A stretch of 64,000 bases of DNA, taken from Oscillospiraceae bacterium. GTDB lineage: Bacteria; Bacillota; Clostridia; Oscillospirales; Butyricicoccaceae. Of the stretch, positions 46,236-56,872 are shown one piece after another; within the stretch, counting starts at the first letter, position 1, and each line of letters opens with the position of its first letter. A program made the position numbers and the translations under genes. The notes below the pieces were generated by a model. It was not told the origin of the DNA and searched no databases. It was given only the letters and a program-made list of their open reading frames with translations. The stretch spans positions 1,345 to 65,344 of the forward strand of contig JAVBMB010000009.1 of assembly GCA_031552995.1 (NCBI GenBank), in the 5' to 3' direction.

Positions 46236-47654
46236 ATGAACGAACGCAAAAACGCGAGCCGCTTCCCAAAAGATGATACTGTTCGCCGGCCGCTGACGGC
46301 GCATGGCTCGAACAGAGAAAAGGCGTGTGAGATGACAGACAGGAATGATACGCAGTCGGTATGGGCACACAGCGTCAATCGCATCAAAAAGCCCCGCGCG
46401 CCTCTGGCGGGCGACATTAAAACCGACGTGCTGGTTATCGGCGGCGGCATGGCGGGCGTACTTATCGCGCACCGGCTCAGCGAGGCCGGCGTCGACTGTA
46501 TGCTAGCCGAGGCAAAAACAATCGGCAGCGGAACAACGGGCAACACCACCGCTAAAATCACGGCTCAGCACGGGCTGATTTACGCCGACCTGATTCGGCG
46601 TTTCGGCATTGAGAAGGCGCGAATGCATTATGAAGCCAACACGCGGGCAATATCCGATTTTTGTGCGCTTGCGGGCAGATACGACTGCGATTTAGAGAAA
46701 AAAACAGCCTATATCTACTCGATAGGCAACCGCAAAAAGCTGGAACGCGAAGCGGATGCATACCGCGCGCTCGGTCTCCCCGGCAGGATCAGAGACCGCC
46801 TTCCGCTGCCGCTGCAAACAGACGGCGCGCTCGCGATGGACAATCAGGCTCAATTTAACCCGCTTAAGCTTCTGTGCGGGGTTGCGGATAAGCTCCGCAT
46901 TTTCGAGAATACCTTTGTCAGCAAAATTGAAGGCAATATTGCCTTGGCCGGGTGCGCAAAAATAACCGCAAAGCATATTGTTTTCGCCACGCATTACCCT
47001 CTGGTCAACATTCCCGGGCTTTATTTCATGAAGCTCTATCAGCATCGCAGCTATGTGCTGGCGCTGGAAGGCGCGCCAGACGTAGAGGGCATGTATCTCG
47101 ACGAGCGGGAGGACGGCTGCTCTTTTCGCAATTACGGCGGATTGCTCTTCATCGGCGGAGGCGACCACAAAACCGGCAAGCGCGGCGGCGGATATACCGA
47201 GCTGAAAAAGCTGGCGGCAAAGGCTTACCCGAACGCGGCGGAAAAATACCGCTGGGCGGCACAGGACACGATGAGCCTTGACGCAATCCCCTATATAGGC
47301 CGGCACCGGGCGGGCAAGGGCAATCTGTATGTGGCAACAGGCTTTAACAAATGGGGAATGACCGGCGCGATGGTTGCTTCCCGGCTTATTTGTGATCTTA
47401 TAGTTTACGGCTGCAGCGAACTGGAAGACCTGTATTCGCCGCGCCGCTCGATGCTGAGGGGTCAGCTATTTCTAAACTTCGGAGCCGCCGCTGCCGGTCT
47501 TCTCAACCCGGGCGTCCCGCGCTGCCCTCACATGGGATGCAAGCTCCGCTGGAACGATGCCGAGCGAACATGGGATTGCTCATGTCACGGCTCGCGGTTC
47601 GATGAGAGCGGCCGCCTGCTCGATAACCCCGCGAAGGAGGATATTCAAATATGA
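46236..47654 (+). CDS. mirror copy of the FAD-dependent oxidoreductase/Rieske fusion (24663-26081)
   Basis: The translation is identical, and the coordinates sum to 72317. Confidence 0.85.
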   Translation: MNERKNASRFPKDDTVRRPLTAHGSNREKACEMTDRNDTQSVWAHSVNRIKKPRAPLAGDIKTDVLVIGGGMAGVLIAHRLSEAGVDCMLAEAKTIGSGTTGNTTAKITAQHGLIYADLIRRFGIEKARMHYEANTRAISDFCALAGRYDCDLEKKTAYIYSIGNRKKLEREADAYRALGLPGRIRDRLPLPLQTDGALAMDNQAQFNPLKLLCGVADKLRIFENTFVSKIEGNIALAGCAKITAKHIVFATHYPLVNIPGLYFMKLYQHRSYVLALEGAPDVEGMYLDEREDGCSFRNYGGLLFIGGGDHKTGKRGGGYTELKKLAAKAYPNAAEKYRWAAQDTMSLDAIPYIGRHRAGKGNLYVATGFNKWGMTGAMVASRLICDLIVYGCSELEDLYSPRRSMLRGQLFLNFGAAAAGLLNPGVPRCPHMGCKLRWNDAERTWDCSCHGSRFDESGRLLDNPAKEDIQI

Positions 47655-48478
47655 TGGAGCGCTTTGAAGGCCTCTATTTCAAGCATCAAAACGCAGACCA
47701 AACGCTTTCCGTCATCGTGGGGAGGAGCATGGAGGATGCTTTTGTTCAAATCATTACGGATAACTGTTCAAATGTCATCCGCTACCCGCGCAGCGCGTAC
47801 AAAAAAGGAAGACAAATCACGCTGGGCGGGTGCGAGTTCGGACTAAATGCGATTAAGCTTAATATTATCAAAGATGACATCCGCATAACCGGCCGGGTCA
47901 TTTATCACAACCTGACGCCGCCGCTATATGATATCATGGGGCCATTCAGGCTTTTGCCCATGGAGTGCCGGCACCAAATCATCAGCCTGTATCACAATTT
48001 GTCCGGCAGTATAGAGTTAAACGGGGATCTGCACGATTTTACCGACGGCATTGGGTACATCGAAGGTGACAGCGGCCGCTCGTTCCCCAGCGCATACACC
48101 TGGCTTCACAGCAACGATTTCTCCGAACCGGCATCCGTTTTTCTCTCTACAGCCGATATTCCCTTCCTTGGGCAAAGCTTCAAGGGATGCATCGGCATCA
48201 TTTACACCCGCGGCAAGCAGTACCGTATCGCGACCTATCTCGGCGCAAAAGTGCTGGAAAGCGGCCGGGACGCCGTAAGAATCAAACAGGGGGCGTTGCT
48301 CCTTGAGGTTTTTCCGCAGATAAAAGAGGGATACGAGCTGAAAGCGCCGAGTGCGGGAAAAATGTCGCGGATAATCAAGGAGTGCGTTTCCTCAAAGGCA
48401 GCGATACGCCTGTCCCGAAACGGCCATACCGTTTTTGCCGGCACAAGCGAACGTACCAGCATGGAGTTTGTGCCGTAG
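47651..48478 (+). CDS. mirror copy of the tocopherol-cyclase-like protein (23839-24666)
   Basis: The translation is identical, and the coordinates sum to 72317. Confidence 0.5.
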   Translation: MMERFEGLYFKHQNADQTLSVIVGRSMEDAFVQIITDNCSNVIRYPRSAYKKGRQITLGGCEFGLNAIKLNIIKDDIRITGRVIYHNLTPPLYDIMGPFRLLPMECRHQIISLYHNLSGSIELNGDLHDFTDGIGYIEGDSGRSFPSAYTWLHSNDFSEPASVFLSTADIPFLGQSFKGCIGIIYTRGKQYRIATYLGAKVLESGRDAVRIKQGALLLEVFPQIKEGYELKAPSAGKMSRIIKECVSSKAAIRLSRNGHTVFAGTSERTSMEFVP

Positions 48479-48614
48479 GGAGTTTTATCGCGCTATTTCT
48501 ATTTCGGATTATGATACCGGCTTCGCTCTCAGCATCTCACTGCAAACAGACAAGGCTTCTCCAACAACTGATATACTCCCCATAAAGCCTACAGTCGATA
48601 CCCTCCAGTTTATA

Positions 48615-49586
48615 TCAGACCTTGTGGTTCTTCTTCAGCCTTCTATGATAAATCGGATCGCCGGGCGCGGGCTGTGTAACCGGAATCAGTCTTCCGGCGG
48701 CAATCATGCCTTCGATGCGGTGGGCAACCCACGCGTCACCGATCCCAAGCGAATACTTCCCAAGCACTCTGCCGATTACCATCGCTTCGTGAAACTCATC
48801 TTCCTCCGCTTCGATTTCACGGATGATAAAGCCGTCATAAATTGTTTCCGGCACACTTGCAAGCCGCCCGTTCAGCACGGCGCGCAAAGGGGCGTTTTCC
48901 CCCCGGAGGTCCTTCCAATGCTCGGCGCATGCCATGCAAAACTTCGGCGCGACTTCTCTTTGCATGGCAGCATAACGATGCCAGTCTCCCGGTTTTACGC
49001 CGCCCCAGCCGCTGTGCGTGATGATGCTTCCATCCTCAAGCGGCTCCCAATCGGGAAGCTGGACAAGTATGACTTGCCCTCTTTGCAGGTTTAACTGCCC
49101 GAGCCAAGCCATAAACCAATGCATCCCGCAAAGCTCATCGGGCTGATTGCTGTACCAAACTCGAACAGCTTCCCCCTCGCGGATGCGGCCGGAAATTTCC
49201 TCCAAAACGTCCTTTCCCTTTTGCATCATTTCCTCTGTGAAGGCAGGCTCCTTATCGAGAAAAGGATAAATGCCATACAGCCATTCCAGCACCTGCCGGC
49301 GCTTTTCGCCCGGAATATCTTCCGAGATATCTCCCACGCTCAGACCATAGCCAAAGCCGTAGACATCGGCGGGATTCCCGCCCATGGGCTCAGCGTTTTC
49401 CCATTCCGCCTGCATTCGCTCTTCGGCCTTTTGCAAAACGGCCTGAAGTTCTTCTTCGCTCGGATTGCTGCCGTCACTATGGCCTACGATCACGCCGGCA
49501 GCGCCGCTGCGGTATTCTCCCTCACCGTAATGCTGCGCCGCTTTCAGTCCTCCGCATGCGCTGTCACTGAATACAACCTCAATCAT
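48615..49586 (-). CDS. mirror copy of the DUF1835/DUF3658-like protein (22731-23702)
   Basis: The translation is identical, and the coordinates sum to 72317. Confidence 0.55.
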   Translation of the reverse strand: MIEVVFSDSACGGLKAAQHYGEGEYRSGAAGVIVGHSDGSNPSEEELQAVLQKAEERMQAEWENAEPMGGNPADVYGFGYGLSVGDISEDIPGEKRRQVLEWLYGIYPFLDKEPAFTEEMMQKGKDVLEEISGRIREGEAVRVWYSNQPDELCGMHWFMAWLGQLNLQRGQVILVQLPDWEPLEDGSIITHSGWGGVKPGDWHRYAAMQREVAPKFCMACAEHWKDLRGENAPLRAVLNGRLASVPETIYDGFIIREIEAEEDEFHEAMVIGRVLGKYSLGIGDAWVAHRIEGMIAAGRLIPVTQPAPGDPIYHRRLKKNHKV

Positions 49587-49632
49587 CAATCAGTCACCTC
49601 TGTCTTTATCTTTCACCGGGCAGCACAGGCAA

Positions 49633-50490
49633 TCAGTCATCTGCCTGTCTCGCTTTTTGGAAAACGACCAAAGAAATGTCCATGCCGTCAACCGTCTGCC
49701 GCCCGGCCTCACGCCACCCATGCTTTTGATAAAAGGCGATGGCGCCAATATTGCTCTCGAATGTTTGCAGCGTAATAACCGGATGTGCCATGAACATCTG
49801 CCCTTCGATATGCGCAAGCAGCTTAGAGCCGCATCCCTTGCCCTGTTCTTCCGGCGCAACCATGATGAGATGCAGCACTTCCCCATTTACAATGGTAAAC
49901 CCGACAGTTTTGCCGCCGGACACCATAACCGCGCATGTATTTAACCCATCGTCAATCTCTTTGTCCGACTGGCCGCTTTCGATGAACTCCCGTACAGTCT
50001 CCTCACCGAGAAACGGCGTGTAGTTTGCCTGAATCACGCGCCTCGCAATATTTTTAAGCTCAGCGGCGTCACCTGGCATGGCGGGGCGAAACAGCGGCTC
50101 CGCAGGCGAGTCAGGCGCAGGGGGCGGCAGGGGAAACATCCCGCCTTGCCTGTCCTGCTCGTTTACATCGACCGGCCTGGCGCCAAAGCCGGCAACCGCA
50201 TAGCTCACAAGCTGCCTGCCGATGTCTTGCCGTCCGTCGCGCCCGTCAATAAAAAGCATCTCTATCTTGCGGCCGGCTACGCCGATGAACCCCTGCAAAA
50301 CGCCGCTTTCATCGTAATATCCGCATAAATGCTCAATGCCGCTTAATGCCTTCCGCACCTCCGGCCTAATCCGGGCAACATCGTCTTCAGAAGGGAGAGC
50401 ATGTATATTCTTTACAGCGGATTCCCATATGTCAATCAGGCGGGCTACGGTTTGCTCATCCCGGTTCATCAATAATTCAATTTTGCTCAT
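49633..50490 (-). CDS. mirror copy of the tandem GNAT acetyltransferase (21827-22684)
   Basis: The translation is identical, and the coordinates sum to 72317. Confidence 0.8.
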   Translation of the reverse strand: MSKIELLMNRDEQTVARLIDIWESAVKNIHALPSEDDVARIRPEVRKALSGIEHLCGYYDESGVLQGFIGVAGRKIEMLFIDGRDGRQDIGRQLVSYAVAGFGARPVDVNEQDRQGGMFPLPPPAPDSPAEPLFRPAMPGDAAELKNIARRVIQANYTPFLGEETVREFIESGQSDKEIDDGLNTCAVMVSGGKTVGFTIVNGEVLHLIMVAPEEQGKGCGSKLLAHIEGQMFMAHPVITLQTFESNIGAIAFYQKHGWREAGRQTVDGMDISLVVFQKARQADD

Positions 50491-51642
50491 CTCCACACTC
50501 CGTTCACATTCACATGCCTGCTGCTGATGGTCGCAAATGACCTGACTCCTCCGCCTGTCAAAGCTTCAACGCAACAGCGCAGGTCATTTCCAATACAAAA
50601 ATGTCATTAGCAGGCCGTCGCGCGCAAACAGATCGGCCCTGCGCTGCCGCAAGCGGCGACATGACAATGCCAGTTTAGCATTTTCGCGGATATTTCACAA
50701 TCCCGTATTGCAATGCATGGGCATTTAGTCTAACGCGGGCGGTACGACGGGCGGGCAACCCTGCAGGCATACCTGGAGCATATCATCTGACAGGGTGGAA
50801 TTTTGCCACACAAGCACAGCACCCATCTGCAGCGTATTCGGCAAGGATAGCCCAAATGACTCTAATGCCAAAAAAACAACAGGATTGATGTTTGAGCCGA
50901 ATATTAACCACATAGGGCTTTAAGCTCCATCCCCCGTATCTAACTAATTTGTAAGCTCGGATATGCAATCTAATCTGCCGGATTATAGGGCATGAAAGAA
51001 CACTTAGCGGCTAGACCGAAGAAAATCTCGGCTGGTCGCTATTGCTTTGACTGAGACACTTATATTGCAGGACAGTTGCATCGCGCATCCCGCCTGCCAT
51101 TCAGTGAGGATAAAAGCAACACCAGACGTCTGGATAAATCCAGGCGTCTTTGTTTTTAGATAAGCTCAAATGGTCTGCAGTCTGTTTCACTCGGGCAGTC
51201 CGGCCACCCAAAATGACACATGGCGTAACCAAAGCTATCAATCGACATATTATACAATGTATGGCGATTTTATGACCAATATTAGACGTGAAGAATAGTG
51301 AACAGAAGTTGTAAGAGATGTTGAGGCCCAGATACCCTCCAAAAGTAAAAGCTTTCAGTGTGCAGCACTTATGAAAATGATATTTTCATAAGGCCGGCAT
51401 CCCGGTATAGTATATCGGTAAAATCGAAGACTGACAGGATGCAGAATCCAGCTTTGGGGACGGATTCTGGTACTGCTCTCTGTATATAACGAAGAATCCC
51501 AATCAGACAATAAGGACAAGGCAAATACCCTATATCTGCAATGTAACAAAGCCTTTAAGCATAAATAAGCACATGTTTTAATGCATATGCTTTTTAAGTG
51601 AGATTTCAATCACTTTCGAGAAGATTGTTTAGGAGGATGTTT

Positions 51643-54600
51643 ATGAAAGAGATCTTCAGTAATTATTTTCCATCATATACCCCGTCATTCCTAAGAAGTT
51701 CATCTTGCGGGGGCTCCTGCTTCCGTTTCCCGGTTCCTGCACCTAGCCGGCCGTGCAGCCGTAATCCCTGCCACACTATTCGCATCACCGGCCCCTGCAG
51801 CTGCAGCAATGCAAGCCCGACAGAACCGGTCACCGGGCAGGGCACGCCCCTTTGCCGTGCGGATTTGTACATTGACGGAAGGTTTTCCGGGTCCGTCTGC
51901 ATTGATGTCTGCGGGAACTGGCTGTATCAGCCCCCGGTTCCATGGAATGGCGGTCGGCATTGCGTTCGTGCAGTCTTGCGCTGCCCTGGCGACTACAGAG
52001 GGAATCCGCCGGAAGACACATCATGTTTTTGCGTTGCGCAAGGTACGGAAATCCACATTACCAGCCCCCAGAACGGCGGAAGCGTCAATCCTGGAGCCCC
52101 CGTTATCGGTACCGGGGAACCCGGCTGTGAAGTGGAGCTTTATCGAGACGGCATCTTTGTCGGACGAGTATTCATCGACCCAAGCGGGCGATGGGTCTAT
52201 CAGCCGCCCGTCCCCTGGGAAACAGGCACCCATTGTGTGCGCGCGATCTTGCGATGTGCGTGCGCATGTCCGCCTCCGCTTGAGGATACCAGTTGCTTTG
52301 AGGTGCCGGGCATCCAAATCACCGGGCCGGAGGACGGCGGCAGCGCAGACCCGGAGGACCCTGTCACCGGAACGGGGGAACCCGGCTGCGAGGCTGAACT
52401 CTTTGTCGACGGCGTATCGGTCGGACGGGTGCCCATCGACGCAAACGGCAACTGGATTTATGAACCCAATCCACCGTGGACGCAGGGTCGCCACTGTGTG
52501 CTGGCAGTGCTCCGCTGCCCGGCCGGTAACGACCCCAATCCGCCGCGGGACGAAACCTGCTTCGATGTGATCTACCCCGCCTGCCCGCCTCCGCCCATTG
52601 ACCTGCCGGAGCTAAATGAGGTAATCGCATCTTCAAGACCTTCCATTGCGGGGCGCGGCATTCCGGGCAGCCAGGTGCTGGTGTGCGTGCAGAACAGTCT
52701 TGGCGCGACCGTGTTTTGTGAAACTGCAGCGCTGTTTGAGGATGGCGAGTGGGGCGTGCAGACGCCGACTGACCTGCCGGACGGCACATATACCGTCGTT
52801 GCGACCCAGTTGGGCGCGCTCTGCAATCCTACGGACGCTTCACGCACGTTCTCAATATTCACGGTAGATACCAGCTTCCTGAACGTGAATCTCATATCGT
52901 TGGTGCGCGGTCCTGTATTCAGGACGGTAGATATGGTCATGACCGGCTCCGCCTCGCCGGACACGACACTTTCCATCTATTATCTGCTGCTGACCCCCGG
53001 AGAGCCCGTGCCGACCGCAGAGGAGGTCATCGGCTACAGCGACCCTGTGCCGCTGACCACCGGTAACGCGGTGCGCGGCCGGTTCGCGCGCGCGCTGACC
53101 GCCGCCACGCAAACCTTTCCCTTCACCCTGACCGGAAAAGAGAACATCACCCCGCTGCCGATGGAGACCGGCGTTATGGACGGCTTCAATTATAACGTTT
53201 ATGTGGTGGGCGTCACCAGCGAGGGACGGTCAACGGGCGTTCTGACGCTGTTTGAGTCGGCCATAGGCATGCCGTTCGCCACGGGCAACGGCATCGCCGG
53301 CGATCCCTTCTTTGTGCGCATGTGCACACCGGCAGAGATGGCGTTTTATCCCGATCTCACGCAGGGGTACCCCGGTAACCGGGCGGGAGTGACGGAAAAC
53401 GCGCGCATTCTGGATAATATCGAAGGCATGCAGGTGCTTTACGACCAGACAGGCGGCGTGCACGGCATGCCCGACAGCCTGTCGCTGACCTACAGCCTGG
53501 ACAGCGCATTCGACTTGGCCAACTACTCATCTGCCTGGGGCGGCAACGGTTGGCGGCCCATCGGCAACGTGGATATTGGATTGATTACGCCGCCGCTGTC
53601 CGGCGAACATGTGTTCACCGGCATAGCGGGGACTCCGCAGGGCGGCACTGTCATCGACAATCTGACCATCAACGCCGCCGCCGCGCCCCAAAACCCGGTG
53701 CTGGTGCGCGGACTGTTCGGCCAGGTGCGCGGAGTTATCTTGGAGCGGCTCACCCTCACCAACGCATTTTCTGAAGCCCTGTTCACCGGCTTTGCCGACC
53801 CCGCGCAGACCGGCAGAATCGGTACGCTGGTGGGTTATATGCAAGGCGGCGCTATCCGGGACATCACCCTCACTCCGGGGCGGGCATCCGGCGGGCGCTC
53901 CGGCACAGGCAGCAACATCGGATATATCGGCGGCATGGCCGGTGTGCTGGAAGGCGCGGTTACCGTCGAGCGCATAAACGCCATGCGGCTGGTCACCGCC
54001 GAGCTCACATCGTTCTCCGTCAACGCGGGCGGATTGATCGGCCTGCTCAACCAAGCGGGGGCCACGGCCGCAGTCAGCGACGTGACCGTTACAGAGTCGG
54101 AGGTCACCGGCTCCCAAAACCAGGGCGGCGTGATCGGTCTGGTCAGTGCGGGGCTGAACCAAATGTCAAATGTCCTTGTGGGAACCGGCATCTTTCGCTT
54201 CTTTGCCGCTAACTGCGGCGGCATCATCGGCATGTTTGCGTGCAGCGCCCCGTCCAACCTCACGAATCTGGTCGTTACGCAAATACAAATCAATGAGCCC
54301 AATCCGCCTGCGACCGCCGCGCATCAAGGCGGGCTCATCGGCTTTACGTCGCTGACCGCCCCACTTACCATGTCGGGCGGCGGGGTGCAAAGCGGCGCGA
54401 TTTTCGGAAACAACCGGCTGGGCGGCGCATTTGGCACTATCGAAGTGCGTACAGGCGGCAGCAGCTACGCCAATATCAATTGCGGCGTGGATGTCACCGG
54501 GCGAGCCGCGTCCATGGGCGGCGTGATCGGCGCAATGCAGGCCATGACCGGCGGCGGCTCCACCAACGTTACAAACTGCCACTCAAGCGCCTCTGCGATA

Positions 54601-55578
54601 GCGGCGAATGGACCATCGTCCGCAGGCGTAAGCGGTGGGTTCGCCGGCCACATCGGCCTGCAGAACATCACGCCGATACCCACAACACCGATTATGTTCG
54701 TGACCGACTGCTCCGCGACCGCCAACGTGACTGCCACGACGCAGGAAGTCGGCGGCTTTGTCGGCCGCACTTCGGGCGCCAGGTATCTTCGCTGCCGGGC
54801 CAGCGGCAATGCCCAAGCCGCTGTTCGGATTGGCGGATTCAACGGCAACACCGACGCGCCCGCACCGGCCGACCCGCAAAATCCTTCGCTGCAATTTTTC
54901 CAGTGCCAGGCACGCGGCAACGTAACCAGCACCGGCGGAGCGGGAAGCGGCAACGGCACAGGCGGTTTTAGCGGCAACTGCGCCTATGGACTTATTGATC
55001 AATGCTTTGCAACCGGCAATGTGATTGTCAATGCGCAGTCTGAGGTCGGCTCAATGGTGGGGCTGTGCGCCAACCCAACAGTCATCCGGGACAGCTATGC
55101 CATCGGGAACAGCAGCGGCAGCGGCGTCCAGTATGGCGCGCTGCTTGGCCATGGGTTCGGCGCGATAGTGAGCCGCTGCTATGCGTCGGGTTCTGTCACC
55201 GGCGCCTCCGCCGTCGCCGGTCTTGCAGGAGCTCTGGAGAACAACGCAGTGGGCGCAGCCAGCATGCAAAGCAGCATCGCCCTGGGTCCCTCAGCTGTTG
55301 CCACCAACGCGGGCGGGGTGGTGCACAGGGTCTGCGGGCAGCTGGTAAACGGCGCGACGCTAGCGCAGAATTACGCGAGCAGCGCAATGACCCTGCTCTC
55401 CGGCGGCGTGCCGGTTACACCGATCAGTGATCCAAACGGGCTTGACGGCCAGAGTATGGATCCGTCCAGCCTGCTCGCCGTCATTACCTCCTTGGGCTGG
55501 AATACGGTGAGCGTGTGGAATACCGCCACCATCGGCACGCTCGGCAGGCCTACGCTGATTGCCAATCCGGAAGTCTAA
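51643..55578 (+). CDS. mirror copy of the GLUG-motif beta-helix protein (16739-20674)
   Basis: The translation is identical. AGGAGG at 51631-51636 precedes ATG 51643. Confidence 0.8.
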   Translation: MKEIFSNYFPSYTPSFLRSSSCGGSCFRFPVPAPSRPCSRNPCHTIRITGPCSCSNASPTEPVTGQGTPLCRADLYIDGRFSGSVCIDVCGNWLYQPPVPWNGGRHCVRAVLRCPGDYRGNPPEDTSCFCVAQGTEIHITSPQNGGSVNPGAPVIGTGEPGCEVELYRDGIFVGRVFIDPSGRWVYQPPVPWETGTHCVRAILRCACACPPPLEDTSCFEVPGIQITGPEDGGSADPEDPVTGTGEPGCEAELFVDGVSVGRVPIDANGNWIYEPNPPWTQGRHCVLAVLRCPAGNDPNPPRDETCFDVIYPACPPPPIDLPELNEVIASSRPSIAGRGIPGSQVLVCVQNSLGATVFCETAALFEDGEWGVQTPTDLPDGTYTVVATQLGALCNPTDASRTFSIFTVDTSFLNVNLISLVRGPVFRTVDMVMTGSASPDTTLSIYYLLLTPGEPVPTAEEVIGYSDPVPLTTGNAVRGRFARALTAATQTFPFTLTGKENITPLPMETGVMDGFNYNVYVVGVTSEGRSTGVLTLFESAIGMPFATGNGIAGDPFFVRMCTPAEMAFYPDLTQGYPGNRAGVTENARILDNIEGMQVLYDQTGGVHGMPDSLSLTYSLDSAFDLANYSSAWGGNGWRPIGNVDIGLITPPLSGEHVFTGIAGTPQGGTVIDNLTINAAAAPQNPVLVRGLFGQVRGVILERLTLTNAFSEALFTGFADPAQTGRIGTLVGYMQGGAIRDITLTPGRASGGRSGTGSNIGYIGGMAGVLEGAVTVERINAMRLVTAELTSFSVNAGGLIGLLNQAGATAAVSDVTVTESEVTGSQNQGGVIGLVSAGLNQMSNVLVGTGIFRFFAANCGGIIGMFACSAPSNLTNLVVTQIQINEPNPPATAAHQGGLIGFTSLTAPLTMSGGGVQSGAIFGNNRLGGAFGTIEVRTGGSSYANINCGVDVTGRAASMGGVIGAMQAMTGGGSTNVTNCHSSASAIAANGPSSAGVSGGFAGHIGLQNITPIPTTPIMFVTDCSATANVTATTQEVGGFVGRTSGARYLRCRASGNAQAAVRIGGFNGNTDAPAPADPQNPSLQFFQCQARGNVTSTGGAGSGNGTGGFSGNCAYGLIDQCFATGNVIVNAQSEVGSMVGLCANPTVIRDSYAIGNSSGSGVQYGALLGHGFGAIVSRCYASGSVTGASAVAGLAGALENNAVGAASMQSSIALGPSAVATNAGGVVHRVCGQLVNGATLAQNYASSAMTLLSGGVPVTPISDPNGLDGQSMDPSSLLAVITSLGWNTVSVWNTATIGTLGRPTLIANPEV

Positions 55579-55969
55579 TGCAATACACGCACAAACAGAC
55601 GAAACATTTTTTCTGTGACCGGCTATGACAAATGTTTTTGGATCCTCTCGGCACAGTTTGTCAGCAGCCTGCGTTTGTCAACGCCGAATTGATTTTGCAG
55701 GTTTTTGTCCTTGATGTTGATAACGGTGGCGTGGTGCAGCGCGATGTACGAAGACTAAAAACAAGGCGGGACTGCTCTAAAAGGGCAGTCCCGCCTCTCG
55801 CTAATACAACTTTTTTAGATTGTTCTCCTGTGCTCTTTTCGCGTGGCCGCAAGCGCAAAGCACTCATGCCGTCAATATTTGTCACGCTGACAAAGTTTCC
55901 ACATTTCCCAGACCGGGGGATCAGGGCATCTATAAAAACCCTGATCCCATGGTACCTTAGCTAAACCTG

Positions 55970-56484
55970 TTAGCTGATATCACGCAATGCGATAATCTGA
56001 GACAGCGACCTGCTTGAGCAGTTTGCTTGAAAACTTATTTCGGCGCAGCGCATAGAGGATGAGCCGCCCCCATCTAAGACTATGCCCACGATGTAGCTAT
56101 GCTCTGTCGTTTGATAATTTGGCACCCAAAGATAACCGTGAAGGGCTTTTCTGAATGTGGCAACATTGCATAGAGTGGTTGAAACAATTAGGTATACTGT
56201 GTTTGTATTGAGGTTTGCACAAATTGCCGAGCGGTATGCAGAGGAACTATAGTTGCCGGCAAGTTCTCCGCTTAGTGCCGTTTCAAACAATCCGTCCTTC
56301 AAGCCAAATCTGAGATTTGGTCCACCCTGTGCCAGTATATCGTATCGGAAAGATCATCATCGGATGCTGCGCCGGAACTATACCACTTAAGGTCTGACCC
56401 GTCATGCTGCAGGCAGGCTCTGCCCATACGATTTTCAGTTCCCTGATGCCATGCGCTTCCATAAATGCCTGCACCATTATTCAT
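55970..56484 (-). pseudogene. mirror copy of the possible phosphodiester-glycosidase-like remnant (15833-16347)
   Basis: The ORF pair is identical, and the coordinates sum to 72317. Confidence 0.3.
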
Positions 56485-56872
56485 GGCGATATATTTTGTA
56501 TTTGCACCATCCAGATAGTTTGGATGGTGATGGGGATATTCGAAAAAGCCTCAGTTAATGCCGTAATAACCCACTGGTGATGCCAAAGTCCCGGCTTGGC
56601 TCAACCCACCCATAACTATGATCTATGCGGCGGTTCGTATAATTCTGAGATTGCATCCAATATTCGTTTGCGCAATATAATCATAATTTGTAGCTTTTTT
56701 ATTCTCCTTTAAGTCTATTTGACTTGCAAGTCTACCTATAAAGGAGAAAAATATATTATTATTTTAAACATTCATATAAATAATCTGTAAAAAGCTAAAA
56801 GCCCTTTTTGTGCATTGCCCTCGTTTAGAGAGCGCTGACAAATCGCCCAGCAATAAAGCGGATTATTGCGCC